Positions 10,040 through 19,723 are shown, counted from the stretch's first letter. The stretch: 64,000 bases of DNA from an uncultured bacterium (GCA_964386635.1 CAYLRO010000004.1:28128-92127); one strand, 5' to 3'. The notes: generated by a model not told the origin, from the sequence alone. A program made the numbers and translations.

Positions 10040-11290
10040 TTGAGAGTTATTCTCGCCGGATACAACACCGATGTGGAGAACGGTTCCACTACCCCTGAGA
10101 CAATTTCAGCGGCTTACGCCCGGATAAGCCGTGATCCGGCCCCGGTGAATGAACTGAGAAAAAGGGCCTCCATTGAGATTGAAGACGCCAGGAAGTCCAA
10201 CAGAACCATCGTTTACAAGTACGGTCACGGCTCCATTGCAGAACATGCAGTGTTCAATTTTGATATTCTCGGCATTTCCCGGCTTGCTGTGGAAGCTTTG
10301 CAGAGTTTCAGGCTTACCAGCTTTACGGAAAAATCCCAGAGATACATTCGGATAGGTGAGGACTGGCACCTTCCATCAGAGATGGATCAATCCGTTCCTG
10401 TAGTGAAAGAGCTGTTTTCCTGTTACACCACTCTTCTTAAGGCACTTGCTGACAGAGGTGTGTCCAGAACAGGGGCGAAAGAAGATGCCAGATACATTCT
10501 TCCACTTGCAGTTACCTCTCAGATGGGCATGACAGTGAATGCCAGAGAACTTGAGCACATCATCAGAAGACTTTCAGCACATCCACTTCAGGAAGTCAGG
10601 GAACTCTCCCGGGCTTTGTACAATGCAGTAATGCCGGTGGCGCCATCTCTGATGCTCTTCACTGACTCCTCAGGGATGGACCGGATAGCCCATGAACAGC
10701 CGGCTGCTGAACCATCAGACACAGAGGTTTCTCTTCTGGAATGCGACTCAGACAGCAGAGTAGGGGACTGGCTCAGGCGATTATATGGAACCCGGGATTT
10801 TGACATGGTGTATGATGAGCTTGGAATTCATGATTCTCTCCCCAGATTCTGGGAGCTGTTCAGAGCTGATTTTTTGATAACTGTTTCTGCAACTGCCTAT
10901 GCCCAGCTGAAGAGACACAGAATGAGCACACAGCTGGTAACATCATATGATCCTTCTCTGGGAGTAACGGTTCCACCCAGTTTGCTGGAAGCCGGTCTGG
11001 GGGATCTGTTTTTGGAAGCAGTATCCAGGGCTGAAGCAGCAGCTGCTCATATGGGAAGAGTGGGAGAGTACCTGCTGACTAATGCTCACAGGAGGCAGGT
11101 CAGGATCTGTATGAATGGCAGGGAACTGAACCATTTCAGCAGACTCCGGGAGGATGAACACGCTCAGTGGGATATCAGGGCGATTGCAGCGGAAATGGTT
11201 CAGCAGGTGAGAAAGAGAGCCCCGCTGACTACAAGATTGACCTGCGGAAAATCCGACTGGGAGAGAGTTACCGGAAAACCTGTTGAATGA
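10040..11290 (+). CDS. thyX: FAD-dependent thymidylate synthase, tandem two-domain form
   Basis: GHGSIAEHAVF, SFTEKSQRY, EDARYILP, NARELEH in domain 1; QLKRHR, NGRELNHF..LR...HAQWDIR in domain 2. TTG start at 10040 after GAGGAGG. Confidence 0.88.
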   Translation: MRVILAGYNTDVENGSTTPETISAAYARISRDPAPVNELRKRASIEIEDARKSNRTIVYKYGHGSIAEHAVFNFDILGISRLAVEALQSFRLTSFTEKSQRYIRIGEDWHLPSEMDQSVPVVKELFSCYTTLLKALADRGVSRTGAKEDARYILPLAVTSQMGMTVNARELEHIIRRLSAHPLQEVRELSRALYNAVMPVAPSLMLFTDSSGMDRIAHEQPAAEPSDTEVSLLECDSDSRVGDWLRRLYGTRDFDMVYDELGIHDSLPRFWELFRADFLITVSATAYAQLKRHRMSTQLVTSYDPSLGVTVPPSLLEAGLGDLFLEAVSRAEAAAAHMGRVGEYLLTNAHRRQVRICMNGRELNHFSRLREDEHAQWDIRAIAAEMVQQVRKRAPLTTRLTCGKSDWERVTGKPVE

Positions 11291-14096
11291 ATCTGGGTTT
11301 ACCGGGCTTTGTGACATCGAATAACGGTGTCAATCTCAGAATTGCTTCTTCCTCATTGGCAACATCGTCCTGACCGTAGCGCCAGGTGAAACTTCCAATG
11401 TAATTCCCTGGAACCAGTCCGGTTGTAGAGCCTGAAAGCGATGCAGGTTCCCAGGTTTTTCCACCGTTAATGCTGTAGTCAACAGCAAGTGTCAATGAGC
11501 GGTTTTCGTCGTCTGCAACTTCAAAAGATATCTCTGCGATTCTTCTCAGAGTACTTATCTCAGAGACAGAAGTACTAACAACCTCCGGGAGATTGGAATT
11601 CGAGAGAGTTATCGGCCCTATTTCCTGGGAGTACGCTGAATCCCTGTCAGCAGCAAGCAGCCTGATATCTATCTCTACTCTGGGAGTTTCAGGCAGGTCA
11701 ACTGAACTGTTCCACCTGAGAGTTGTGCTGTATCTGGATGCATCAATTATGGAAGAGTTCATGAGACCTGCGGCAGAATGCCATGTGTCATTTCTCTCGT
11801 GAAGTCTGTACTGCAGATCCAGGTGAATTTCGTCCCATTCGGAATCGACAACGGTGAAATCCACTGGGACCAATCCTCTGAAAAGATCGTATCTTTCTGG
11901 AGAACTGATACTGCAGTAAGGCGGTTTGTTGTTGTCAAGATGGAAGCCGGTGGATGGAACGGATACGCCGGTACCGCCCAGGGGAGGAAGAGCCCGGAGT
12001 TCTACAGTATCTCCATCAAAGCTTGGAAGATCCTCTGATGAGTTCCAGGTGATGTTGTAATCGTAATTTCCAGCCCTGACAAGTTCACAGTTTGAAACAG
12101 TTGCTTCATGCCATCTGGTACCCTGATCGATACTGTACTGGTATATGAAATTCATTGGATCCTGATCAGGATTGGTAAGCCTGACTCCGAATTCAACATC
12201 TCCTGCTGTTTCTACAGAGGGTACGATTATCTGAGGGGTGGGCAGACTCGAGGAAGAAACTGCAAGCCCGTCAAATCTGAACCAGGGTCCCGGGTCTGCA
12301 TCTGAAGCGCGTATCCTGAAATTGACATTCTCAGGCGGGGTTTCTCCCAGATCCTCGCTGGTATTCCATATAACAGGTTCACCATAGAACCATGACTCTA
12401 TCTCAACACTGCTTCCTGAAAGATGCATGAGATTCCATGTATTGCCGCCGTCAGTTGAATACTGAGCCTGAAGATGAACAATATCGCCTTCTTTGTCCTG
12501 AAGAGCATACCCCAGCCGGTACGTGTCATCATCGAGTTTTACAGGTGATTCAAGCCTGATAACAGGCGGGTCATTGTTGTCTATGTGAAGAAGGTCTGAG
12601 GTTCCGCTTTCGCCCAGACCCAGGACTGAGACAGGTGTGATTCTCAAAATGCAGTTCCTGATATCCATGTCTGGAAGATCAAGATGAGTATTCCAGGTAA
12701 CGCTGCTTCCTGTGTCTGTGTAGTTTTCAGTTTCATGCCATGTATATCCGGTATCAGTTGAGTAACTTACTGAAATCCCTGAATAGTCCGAGCATGATAT
12801 GGAATACTGGATTGAAACCGGTCCGCTGAACTCTCCTGATACCTGCTCAACCGTAGCCACCGGCAGAGAGCCTGTACCGAAAGATCCGGTGTTGTATTGA
12901 TCCCCGAGTGCCTGAGGCCAGTTGCAGTGAATTGACTGTCCTGATGAAAGTTCTACTGCCCGGACCAGCCCGGACGGTGTTACTGAGATCAGTTCTATCT
13001 GTCCGTCTCCGTTCAGATCAGCGGCCACAGGGGCAAAGATGGTTCCAACAGGATATTCCACTGGGAATCCGTCCATTCTTCTCCCGTTGCGGTCCCAGGC
13101 GTACAGGGTTCCATTACTGGATGATGCCACCACAGCAGGTCCCTGTTCTGTAAGAGATATGATCGGCTGGTAGGGTCTTGAATCTGTTTTATTCGGCCAT
13201 CTCCAGGAACCTGCCAGAGTGCCGTCGCCATTCAACAGGTAAACAAGGCTGTCGACTGAGGCAATTGCTATCTGAGGGGTGCCCTGATCGGGATCAAGCA
13301 TCCCCATTGCCGGGGCGCCGGCAACAGGCCTTGCATCCATATGAAAAGGCCACCCATCCTGCTCTTCTCCAAGAAGATTCAACAGATGTATCTTTCCATC
13401 CTGCGAAGCAAAGATCAGATCTGCCTGGCCATCTCCGTTCACGTCGCCGGATACAGGTGTAGTTCCAGCAGGGAATGAAAGTTGAACAGGCCATCCCGGA
13501 AGAACAGATCCATCATGGTGCAGGACAGTGATCTTCCCGTTGTTTGTGGTGCACACAAGGCCGAATCCACGCCCTCCTCCAAGACTAACCTGGGTTGGCT
13601 GGCATTGAAGTCTTGAGTTCAGGTTTACAGGGAATCCGGGAAGTGTTCTTCCTCTTGAATCCAGCATTTGAACATTACCGTCGCCTGTACCGAATGAGAT
13701 CTCAGGCTCGCCGTCATCATTCAGGTCAGTTACGGTAATCCCGGTAACAACGTTGCAGCTGTTCTCCACAGGCCATCCCGGGGATTCAGTGCCGTTGAGA
13801 TCAATAAGGTGAACTCTTACGCTGTTGTCAGCAAAGGCTATGTATGTTTGCGAAGCCATTGTCACAGCTGCCGGGCGCAGTATTACACCAGCCTCACCGG
13901 CAACGGGAAACCCGGGAAGAGGAGTGCCTCCTCCGGTCCATGCACCGAGGCCTGTACTGCCCAGAGGTATCAGAAGGACTTGTCCCTGACCGCCGGAGTC
14001 AATTACATGGCTTTCTCCTCTGGGAGTGGAGTCCAGCTGAAACTGCCACTGACTCTGTGCCAGCACAACCAGCAGAAAAATGCTTCTTGTTATCAG
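11268..14096 (-). CDS. Large secreted protein: FG-GAP/VCBS beta-propeller plus five ~105-aa Ig-like repeats with Asp-box motifs
   Basis: Repeated (G/D)(W/F)P and DLN(G/D)DG..E(I/L) blades; five repeats containing YS(T/I)(D/N)xGxxW-type motifs and mostly WN(T/S)xxDL. The ORF track starts at 14066; an in-frame CTG at 14096, 6 nt after GGAGG, restores a signal peptide. Confidence 0.8.
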   Translation of the reverse strand: MITRSIFLLVVLAQSQWQFQLDSTPRGESHVIDSGGQGQVLLIPLGSTGLGAWTGGGTPLPGFPVAGEAGVILRPAAVTMASQTYIAFADNSVRVHLIDLNGTESPGWPVENSCNVVTGITVTDLNDDGEPEISFGTGDGNVQMLDSRGRTLPGFPVNLNSRLQCQPTQVSLGGGRGFGLVCTTNNGKITVLHHDGSVLPGWPVQLSFPAGTTPVSGDVNGDGQADLIFASQDGKIHLLNLLGEEQDGWPFHMDARPVAGAPAMGMLDPDQGTPQIAIASVDSLVYLLNGDGTLAGSWRWPNKTDSRPYQPIISLTEQGPAVVASSSNGTLYAWDRNGRRMDGFPVEYPVGTIFAPVAADLNGDGQIELISVTPSGLVRAVELSSGQSIHCNWPQALGDQYNTGSFGTGSLPVATVEQVSGEFSGPVSIQYSISCSDYSGISVSYSTDTGYTWHETENYTDTGSSVTWNTHLDLPDMDIRNCILRITPVSVLGLGESGTSDLLHIDNNDPPVIRLESPVKLDDDTYRLGYALQDKEGDIVHLQAQYSTDGGNTWNLMHLSGSSVEIESWFYGEPVIWNTSEDLGETPPENVNFRIRASDADPGPWFRFDGLAVSSSSLPTPQIIVPSVETAGDVEFGVRLTNPDQDPMNFIYQYSIDQGTRWHEATVSNCELVRAGNYDYNITWNSSEDLPSFDGDTVELRALPPLGGTGVSVPSTGFHLDNNKPPYCSISSPERYDLFRGLVPVDFTVVDSEWDEIHLDLQYRLHERNDTWHSAAGLMNSSIIDASRYSTTLRWNSSVDLPETPRVEIDIRLLAADRDSAYSQEIGPITLSNSNLPEVVSTSVSEISTLRRIAEISFEVADDENRSLTLAVDYSINGGKTWEPASLSGSTTGLVPGNYIGSFTWRYGQDDVANEEEAILRLTPLFDVTKPGKPRFIQQVFR

Positions 14097-14156
14097 GTGG
14101 AACCTCCGGCTTGATTAGCTGTATATAAAAAAAGCAATAAAAGTATTTGCACAATG

Positions 14157-14240
14157 AAAATACCGGCACAGTAGCATTGGGTCAACAGAAGATATATATA
14201 TAAAGCGAAGGTTGACCGGGGAAAGAGCCATTGAGATATT
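14157..14240. promoter_or_regulatory. Back-to-back divergent sigma70-type promoters
   Basis: Minus strand: TTGACC (14185-14180)-N17-TATTTT (14162-14157). Plus strand: TTGACC (14212-14217) with a weaker -10 (GATATT at N17 or TATTAA at N19). An AT-rich 24-nt spacer lies between the inverted GGTCAAC/GTTGACC. Confidence 0.45.
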
Positions 14241-14306
14241 AAGCCTTCAAGGATTGCCGTATAGCGGTAGAAGAGGTAACAGGTCGGAATGACCGGGAGG
14301 AGCCAA

Positions 14307-15287
14307 ATGAAACTGGTCAGTATATTTCTATTCATTTTTACCGTTGCGGTATATGCCGGCTCTCTTCCATATGCTTACGGCGGAGTAGTTAATTCACCAG
14401 ATGCATATGTTCTCGAGCACACTGAAATAGAAATTGGAATAGCAGCAAGTGCTTTCACATATGAAGATTCAACAGGTGCCTCTGAGAGTGACGTGAAGCT
14501 CACAGGGTACCTTAATTTCGGAATACTCAGTTACGGAGAAATAGGGGCTTCATATCTTGCCGATGGCGGTCTTGTCATGAATGCCAAAATAGCCATTCTC
14601 AAGGAAGGTATAGTTGTTCCTGCTTTTACACTGGGAGTACAGAACGGTTTCGGCAAGGAACACGTTGACTGTTTCTCGGGACCTGCCGGTGTACCGGACT
14701 CCACTGGAGAGATCAACTCCCTCTGGGACGAGGAAGGCATGTATAACTACAGCCATGCACAGAACTGGTCGGTTTTCGGTGTGGCTTCAAAGGATTTGCG
14801 CTACCTTATCGGCGCTCCCCTCACTCTGAACCTGGGTATCGGTATTGGCCGATATGTGGGTATTATAGGAGAAGGCGGTGCGCTGGGTATGGGAAGTGCA
14901 ATTGCCAATGGTCTGTTCGGTTCACTGGTCTGGGAACCCAGCGAGTCTGTGGCTCTGGCTATTGAAATGGATGGAAGAGACTTCAACCTGGGCCTGGACT
15001 ACGCAGTGAACAAGAATGTGGAACTGCATCTTGCCTGGGCAGAATTCGAGATGATGGCTTTTCCTCCGGAAGGTCAGAACAAGCAGGATATACAGCAGAA
15101 TGCAAAGGTAACTATTGCCCTGTCAACCCGATTCGGTCCTCTCTGGGGAGCCAGTCGTCTTGAACTTGAAAGAGAGCAGCAGAGGATCGAAAGAGCCCGT
15201 CAGAGGCTTGAAGAGCTTGAGGCACGGAGAAGGTCCGCCGAGTCCGAGCTGCAGAGACTTCGAGACCTTCTCGACGATCGCAGGTAA
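14307..15287 (+). CDS. Probable outer-membrane beta-barrel (YjbH-like) with C-terminal coiled coil; first gene of the motor operon
   Basis: Signal peptide MKLVSIFLFIFTVAVYA; GGVVNSPDAYVL start; amphipathic strands (LTLNLGIGIG, FNLGLDY); heptad tail LELEREQQRIERARQRLEELE...; ATG after GGGAGGAG. Confidence 0.6.
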   Translation: MKLVSIFLFIFTVAVYAGSLPYAYGGVVNSPDAYVLEHTEIEIGIAASAFTYEDSTGASESDVKLTGYLNFGILSYGEIGASYLADGGLVMNAKIAILKEGIVVPAFTLGVQNGFGKEHVDCFSGPAGVPDSTGEINSLWDEEGMYNYSHAQNWSVFGVASKDLRYLIGAPLTLNLGIGIGRYVGIIGEGGALGMGSAIANGLFGSLVWEPSESVALAIEMDGRDFNLGLDYAVNKNVELHLAWAEFEMMAFPPEGQNKQDIQQNAKVTIALSTRFGPLWGASRLELEREQQRIERARQRLEELEARRRSAESELQRLRDLLDDRR

Positions 15288-15292
15288 GTCTC

Positions 15293-18200
15293 ATGCTTTT
15301 TCCCTGCAGATACATGAAGATCTTTATCATTGTCTGTCTCTGGGCAGCTGTCCCTGCTCTTTCTCAGGATTCTCCTGAAAGTGAAGATCCAGGTGCCATA
15401 CTTGTCCGGGCTCAGGAGGAGCTTGTAGATCTTGAAGATCAGATCATGCGGGAAGAGGACCGGCTGGCAAGGATCGAAGCTCAGCTGACACAGCTTCGCA
15501 GGCAGCACTCCATTCTTTCAAGCGCACAGTCCGCTTTCGAACTTGGCGAGGAACTTTACAATTCAGGTTCCATCGTATGGGCCAGGGATGCCTTTCAATC
15601 CATTCTGGACAATTTTCCCGATTCCGAGTACTTTGAAGAAGCGGTATTCAGACTTGAATTGATTGCATTCGAGTTGCAGGATTACCAGGGTACTGTGGAT
15701 CATTACCGAACTCTCATGCAGGCATCTCCTGGATTTATCCATTCTGATATTGCGATAATAGTCGGTGGTCTTGCCATGTATAACATGGGGCAGTTTTCCG
15801 AAGCCAGAAACGAAATACGCAACGTCAATCCTTCAGGAGATCACGTTGCCCTGGCTGAGTACCTTACTGCAGTAACCTATGTGGCTGAGGAAGATTTTGA
15901 TTCTGCCATTTCCAACCTCCAGCGAGTGATAGACAATGCAAGGCGTAACGAGAGCGGTATTGCTGACAGAGCAAGAATAGCAATTGCCGAGATCTATGTT
16001 AACCAGGGAATGCTGGAACAGGCCATTGAGCAGTATGGCAAGGTGTCTCCTTTCAGTGCCTACTACGATGTATCAATGCTGGGTCTAACCTGGACCTATA
16101 TGCGCCAGGAGCGTTACCAGGACGCCTATAATCTCGCAGAACAGGTTCTGGTTGAACTGCCGGGAACAGATCTCTACAGCGAGTTTGAACTTGCCATGGC
16201 AAACTGTGCTCTGGGAGCTCAGGACATAGAAATCGCTATTACCATGTATCGTGAACTGATGGATGAATACCGCACAACAGATAACTTCTACGATATTTTC
16301 CTCTCAGGAGATGATGTATCCGAACAGTATGATTCAGAGCGTGAAAGACTCGACAGGATCAGGCTTGGTCTCACGGAACTCAAAGAGGAAGCTTACATGC
16401 AGGGCGACATGGAACTTGTTGCTATGATTGAAGACGAAGAAGCTATGCTGAGAGATCTTTTCGTTGATATATCACAGTTCGAAGCAACGCTTTCCATGCC
16501 TGTTGATATGGACGCAGAAACCATGCAGCAGGAGTTGAACAGGCTTATAGCCTCTTCAAGGGCCAGTGCTGAAGGTCTTGCCATTGAGATCGAAAGCACT
16601 AATGAAACGGCAGATATCTACGGTACTGAATCTGATCGACAGTCACTCATGGATCTGGAGCAGGAGGTTTCCAGGATACGGCTTGCTCTGCAGGATCTTG
16701 CCAGTAAAATGGATAGCGGAATGGCTGGTGACCACGACTGGATGCAGGAGACGCAGTACGGTATTGCCATTGCCACTTTCATGGAACGCGAACTGAAGAG
16801 AGACTCTCTCAACTACCTTGGCGCTTACTATACAGGCAGAATAGAAGAGAGCTACTCCCAGGGGGACAGCGTCCTTGCGTTATCACTTGTTGAGCAGAGA
16901 CAGTTTGAGACCGTTGCTCTTCAGGGACGCATTGATGATTCAGCCATAGAGTGTGCAAGTTACTTTGAGGAGTATCTGGCACGGTATCCTGAAAGTCGAT
17001 TCACTCCGGACATTCTGGTGAGACTTGCTCAACTGTATTACGAGATAGACAAGAACAATTATCTGGATAGAATTGCTGCTTCCGGAGGAGAATTCATTCC
17101 TGCGGATTATTCAAGGACTATCGAGCTTTATGAGAGGGTTCTCAACCAGTATCCGGGCAGCGAAGTTGAGGATATCGCTCTCTACTCACTGGGATATGCC
17201 CTTAATGAAATCGGTGATCCTGAAGCAGCTATATCCAGCTACCGCAGCCTTCTGAGAGATTTCCCGGATAGTCCTCTTGCTGCTGAGACCTATGTAAGGG
17301 CCGGAGACTTTTATTTTGACTCTTTCGAGTTTGACAGTGCCTTTGTATTCTACAATTCAGTGCTTGATTACCCGGGAACCACTTCCACAGTGTACCAGTT
17401 CGGTGTGTACAAGCTGGGCTGGACAGCGTATCTGCTTAATGAGTATGAGCATTCAATAGCACTGTTCGGCTACCTTATCAGAGACAGTTACAGACTGGAT
17501 GAGCTGGGCCTGAGACGCACCACAGATATGGTCAGCGAGGCAATTGAGTATCTGGCGCATGATTTCATGGAGCAGAAAACCGGTCCTCCAGTCCAGCTGG
17601 CCACTAATTTTCTGGATTTCTTTGAGGATCAGCAGGTTACTGTGGATGTCCTGACTCAGATGGGAGACTTCTATATACAGCAGGGTTTCTGGATGGAAGC
17701 GATAGAATCATATCAGGCTCTTCTTGAGAGAGATCCGTACAATCCTCAGGCACCGTTTATCCAGTCCAGGATTGCTTCCGCCTACGAGGGTGCCGGCGAT
17801 TTCAGCAGTGCTGCCAGAGCTCGCGAGAGTATTGTGGATAATTACGGAATGGAAAGCGAATGGGCAGCAATGTCAGAAGACTCAACTATTTTTGGAATGG
17901 TTGATTCCCTGAGGGCTTCCTCCCTTGAACACTCCATTGGTTATCATGCCCAGCAGATATCTGAAGCAGCTGGTGACCCGCAGATTACAACACCTCTATA
18001 CAGCGGCCTGATCGAAAAGGTGGAACTTTACCTGGGTGAGTATGGGGATTCAAGGCAGGCTTACGACTTCAGATTCCTTCTGGGAGACTCGTATTACAAT
18101 ACCGGTCAGTTTGCCAGTGCAGGTGATGTTTATCTCCAGGTTGTTTACGACAGCACATCTGCCCAGCAGAGAGAGAATGCTGTTGGCAATGCGTTCAGTT

Positions 18201-19723
18201 CTTTCTACGAAGCTTACTCGCAGCCTTCAGCTGACAGTCTTTCCCTCCGGGCGAAAATGCACGAAGTGGCGATCTACTACGCCGACAATTACCCTGCTGG
18301 AGAATTTGCTGCTCAATTCCTCTTTGCCGATGCAGGTACTCACTACAATGCCAATGACTATGCTGTTTCAAGGGAATCTTACAAACGGGTATACAATCAG
18401 TATCCAAATTCGGAATATACAGCCAGATCGGCGCGTTTTCTTGCAGCGGCATATGAAGCTGAACAGATGTACTCTGATGCTGAGCTCTGGTACGGCAGGG
18501 CTGCCGATGCAGCTGCTGTAACCGGCGAGGATCTTGGTGAAGACGTTGAACAGCTTGCTGCAGCTGTTGCATACAGAGACGCAGAAACTCTTGCCCAGTC
18601 CGAGGATGTAGAGTCACTGCTGGCAGCAGCAGCAAGATTTGAGGAGTCAGCCAGAGCACACCCTGGAACAGATGTTGCTCCAGTATCCCTGTTTGATGCA
18701 GGTGAGACCTACGGAAAGGCCGGTGACATAACCAGTGCCATCAGGGTCTTCAAGGAACTCGCCAATACTTATCCTGAATCACAGCTGGCACCTGAGGGAA
18801 TGCAGAGAGCAGCGTTCCTGGCCATGGAAGCTGAGCATTTCATCGCAGCAGGAGACACATATCTTGATGCATACAACAGATTCCCGAATGTGGAAGGTAT
18901 GTACGCATCTCTCTACAGTGCTGCAGTTGCATACGAAGAGGGCGGTGCTGAAGGTCTTGCCATGACAGTTTATCAGAGAATCATTCAGGAACAGGCTGCC
19001 TCTCCGCAGACAATGGTGATTGCTCTGGGCAAATACGGAGATTACCAGTACGACAGAAGAGACTTCTTCGGTGCAAGAGAAACCTATATGGATTGTGTTG
19101 ACTCTTACGATATGTACAGAGAGGGTCCTGCCAATCATGCAGCAAGGGCTGCATTCAGAGTGGGAGAGATATATCGTCAGGACTACGACATGATTACTGT
19201 GAATACTGAAACAGTTGAGCAGAAAGCTCAGATAAAAACTGAAGTCGAGAGCTGGTACGGAAAATCCATTACTTACAATGTGGATGTCTGGTTCATGGCA
19301 TCCTGTGTAAGGGCTGGAGAGCTTTACGAGAACTTTGCCAATGCGGTTGCATTCATGGATCCGCCTTCCGGAATGACAGATGAGGCCATTGATGAATTCT
19401 ACAACCAGCTTTATATACAGTTCTATGAGCCCCAGATGCAGAGGGCTATTGATATTTATGTCACCGCTCTTGAGAAGGCTGTTTCCGCTGATGTAACCAA
19501 CGAGTGGGTGGAAAAGGCTGCCGGGAATCTTGAGCTTCTTGCTCCAGGTACTGTTTCTTCTCTTGGTCTGCCTGGTTATGAAATTGAGCCGGAGATCCCC
19601 CAGGATACCGTTACACCAGAGACAGAAGGGGGAGTTGTTCCTCAGGAGGGTGTGGAAGAAGCGCAGGATGTGGAACAGGACGGATTTGTGAACCAGAATT
19701 CTGGAGAGGGAGCAGGTGAATGA
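15293..19723 (+). CDS. Very large secreted TPR protein, GltD/AgmU-like C-terminal two-thirds with a GltC-like TPR/coiled-coil N-terminal part
   Basis: Signal peptide (alternative ATG 15314); many TPR motifs with YP.S; PDILVRLAQLYYE; C-terminal WFMASCVRAGELYENFA..PPSGM..E...Y..L...P..RA...Y..ALE...NEW pattern that I recognise from GltD-type proteins. Confidence 0.7.
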   Translation: MLFPCRYMKIFIIVCLWAAVPALSQDSPESEDPGAILVRAQEELVDLEDQIMREEDRLARIEAQLTQLRRQHSILSSAQSAFELGEELYNSGSIVWARDAFQSILDNFPDSEYFEEAVFRLELIAFELQDYQGTVDHYRTLMQASPGFIHSDIAIIVGGLAMYNMGQFSEARNEIRNVNPSGDHVALAEYLTAVTYVAEEDFDSAISNLQRVIDNARRNESGIADRARIAIAEIYVNQGMLEQAIEQYGKVSPFSAYYDVSMLGLTWTYMRQERYQDAYNLAEQVLVELPGTDLYSEFELAMANCALGAQDIEIAITMYRELMDEYRTTDNFYDIFLSGDDVSEQYDSERERLDRIRLGLTELKEEAYMQGDMELVAMIEDEEAMLRDLFVDISQFEATLSMPVDMDAETMQQELNRLIASSRASAEGLAIEIESTNETADIYGTESDRQSLMDLEQEVSRIRLALQDLASKMDSGMAGDHDWMQETQYGIAIATFMERELKRDSLNYLGAYYTGRIEESYSQGDSVLALSLVEQRQFETVALQGRIDDSAIECASYFEEYLARYPESRFTPDILVRLAQLYYEIDKNNYLDRIAASGGEFIPADYSRTIELYERVLNQYPGSEVEDIALYSLGYALNEIGDPEAAISSYRSLLRDFPDSPLAAETYVRAGDFYFDSFEFDSAFVFYNSVLDYPGTTSTVYQFGVYKLGWTAYLLNEYEHSIALFGYLIRDSYRLDELGLRRTTDMVSEAIEYLAHDFMEQKTGPPVQLATNFLDFFEDQQVTVDVLTQMGDFYIQQGFWMEAIESYQALLERDPYNPQAPFIQSRIASAYEGAGDFSSAARARESIVDNYGMESEWAAMSEDSTIFGMVDSLRASSLEHSIGYHAQQISEAAGDPQITTPLYSGLIEKVELYLGEYGDSRQAYDFRFLLGDSYYNTGQFASAGDVYLQVVYDSTSAQQRENAVGNAFSSFYEAYSQPSADSLSLRAKMHEVAIYYADNYPAGEFAAQFLFADAGTHYNANDYAVSRESYKRVYNQYPNSEYTARSARFLAAAYEAEQMYSDAELWYGRAADAAAVTGEDLGEDVEQLAAAVAYRDAETLAQSEDVESLLAAAARFEESARAHPGTDVAPVSLFDAGETYGKAGDITSAIRVFKELANTYPESQLAPEGMQRAAFLAMEAEHFIAAGDTYLDAYNRFPNVEGMYASLYSAAVAYEEGGAEGLAMTVYQRIIQEQAASPQTMVIALGKYGDYQYDRRDFFGARETYMDCVDSYDMYREGPANHAARAAFRVGEIYRQDYDMITVNTETVEQKAQIKTEVESWYGKSITYNVDVWFMASCVRAGELYENFANAVAFMDPPSGMTDEAIDEFYNQLYIQFYEPQMQRAIDIYVTALEKAVSADVTNEWVEKAAGNLELLAPGTVSSLGLPGYEIEPEIPQDTVTPETEGGVVPQEGVEEAQDVEQDGFVNQNSGEGAGE

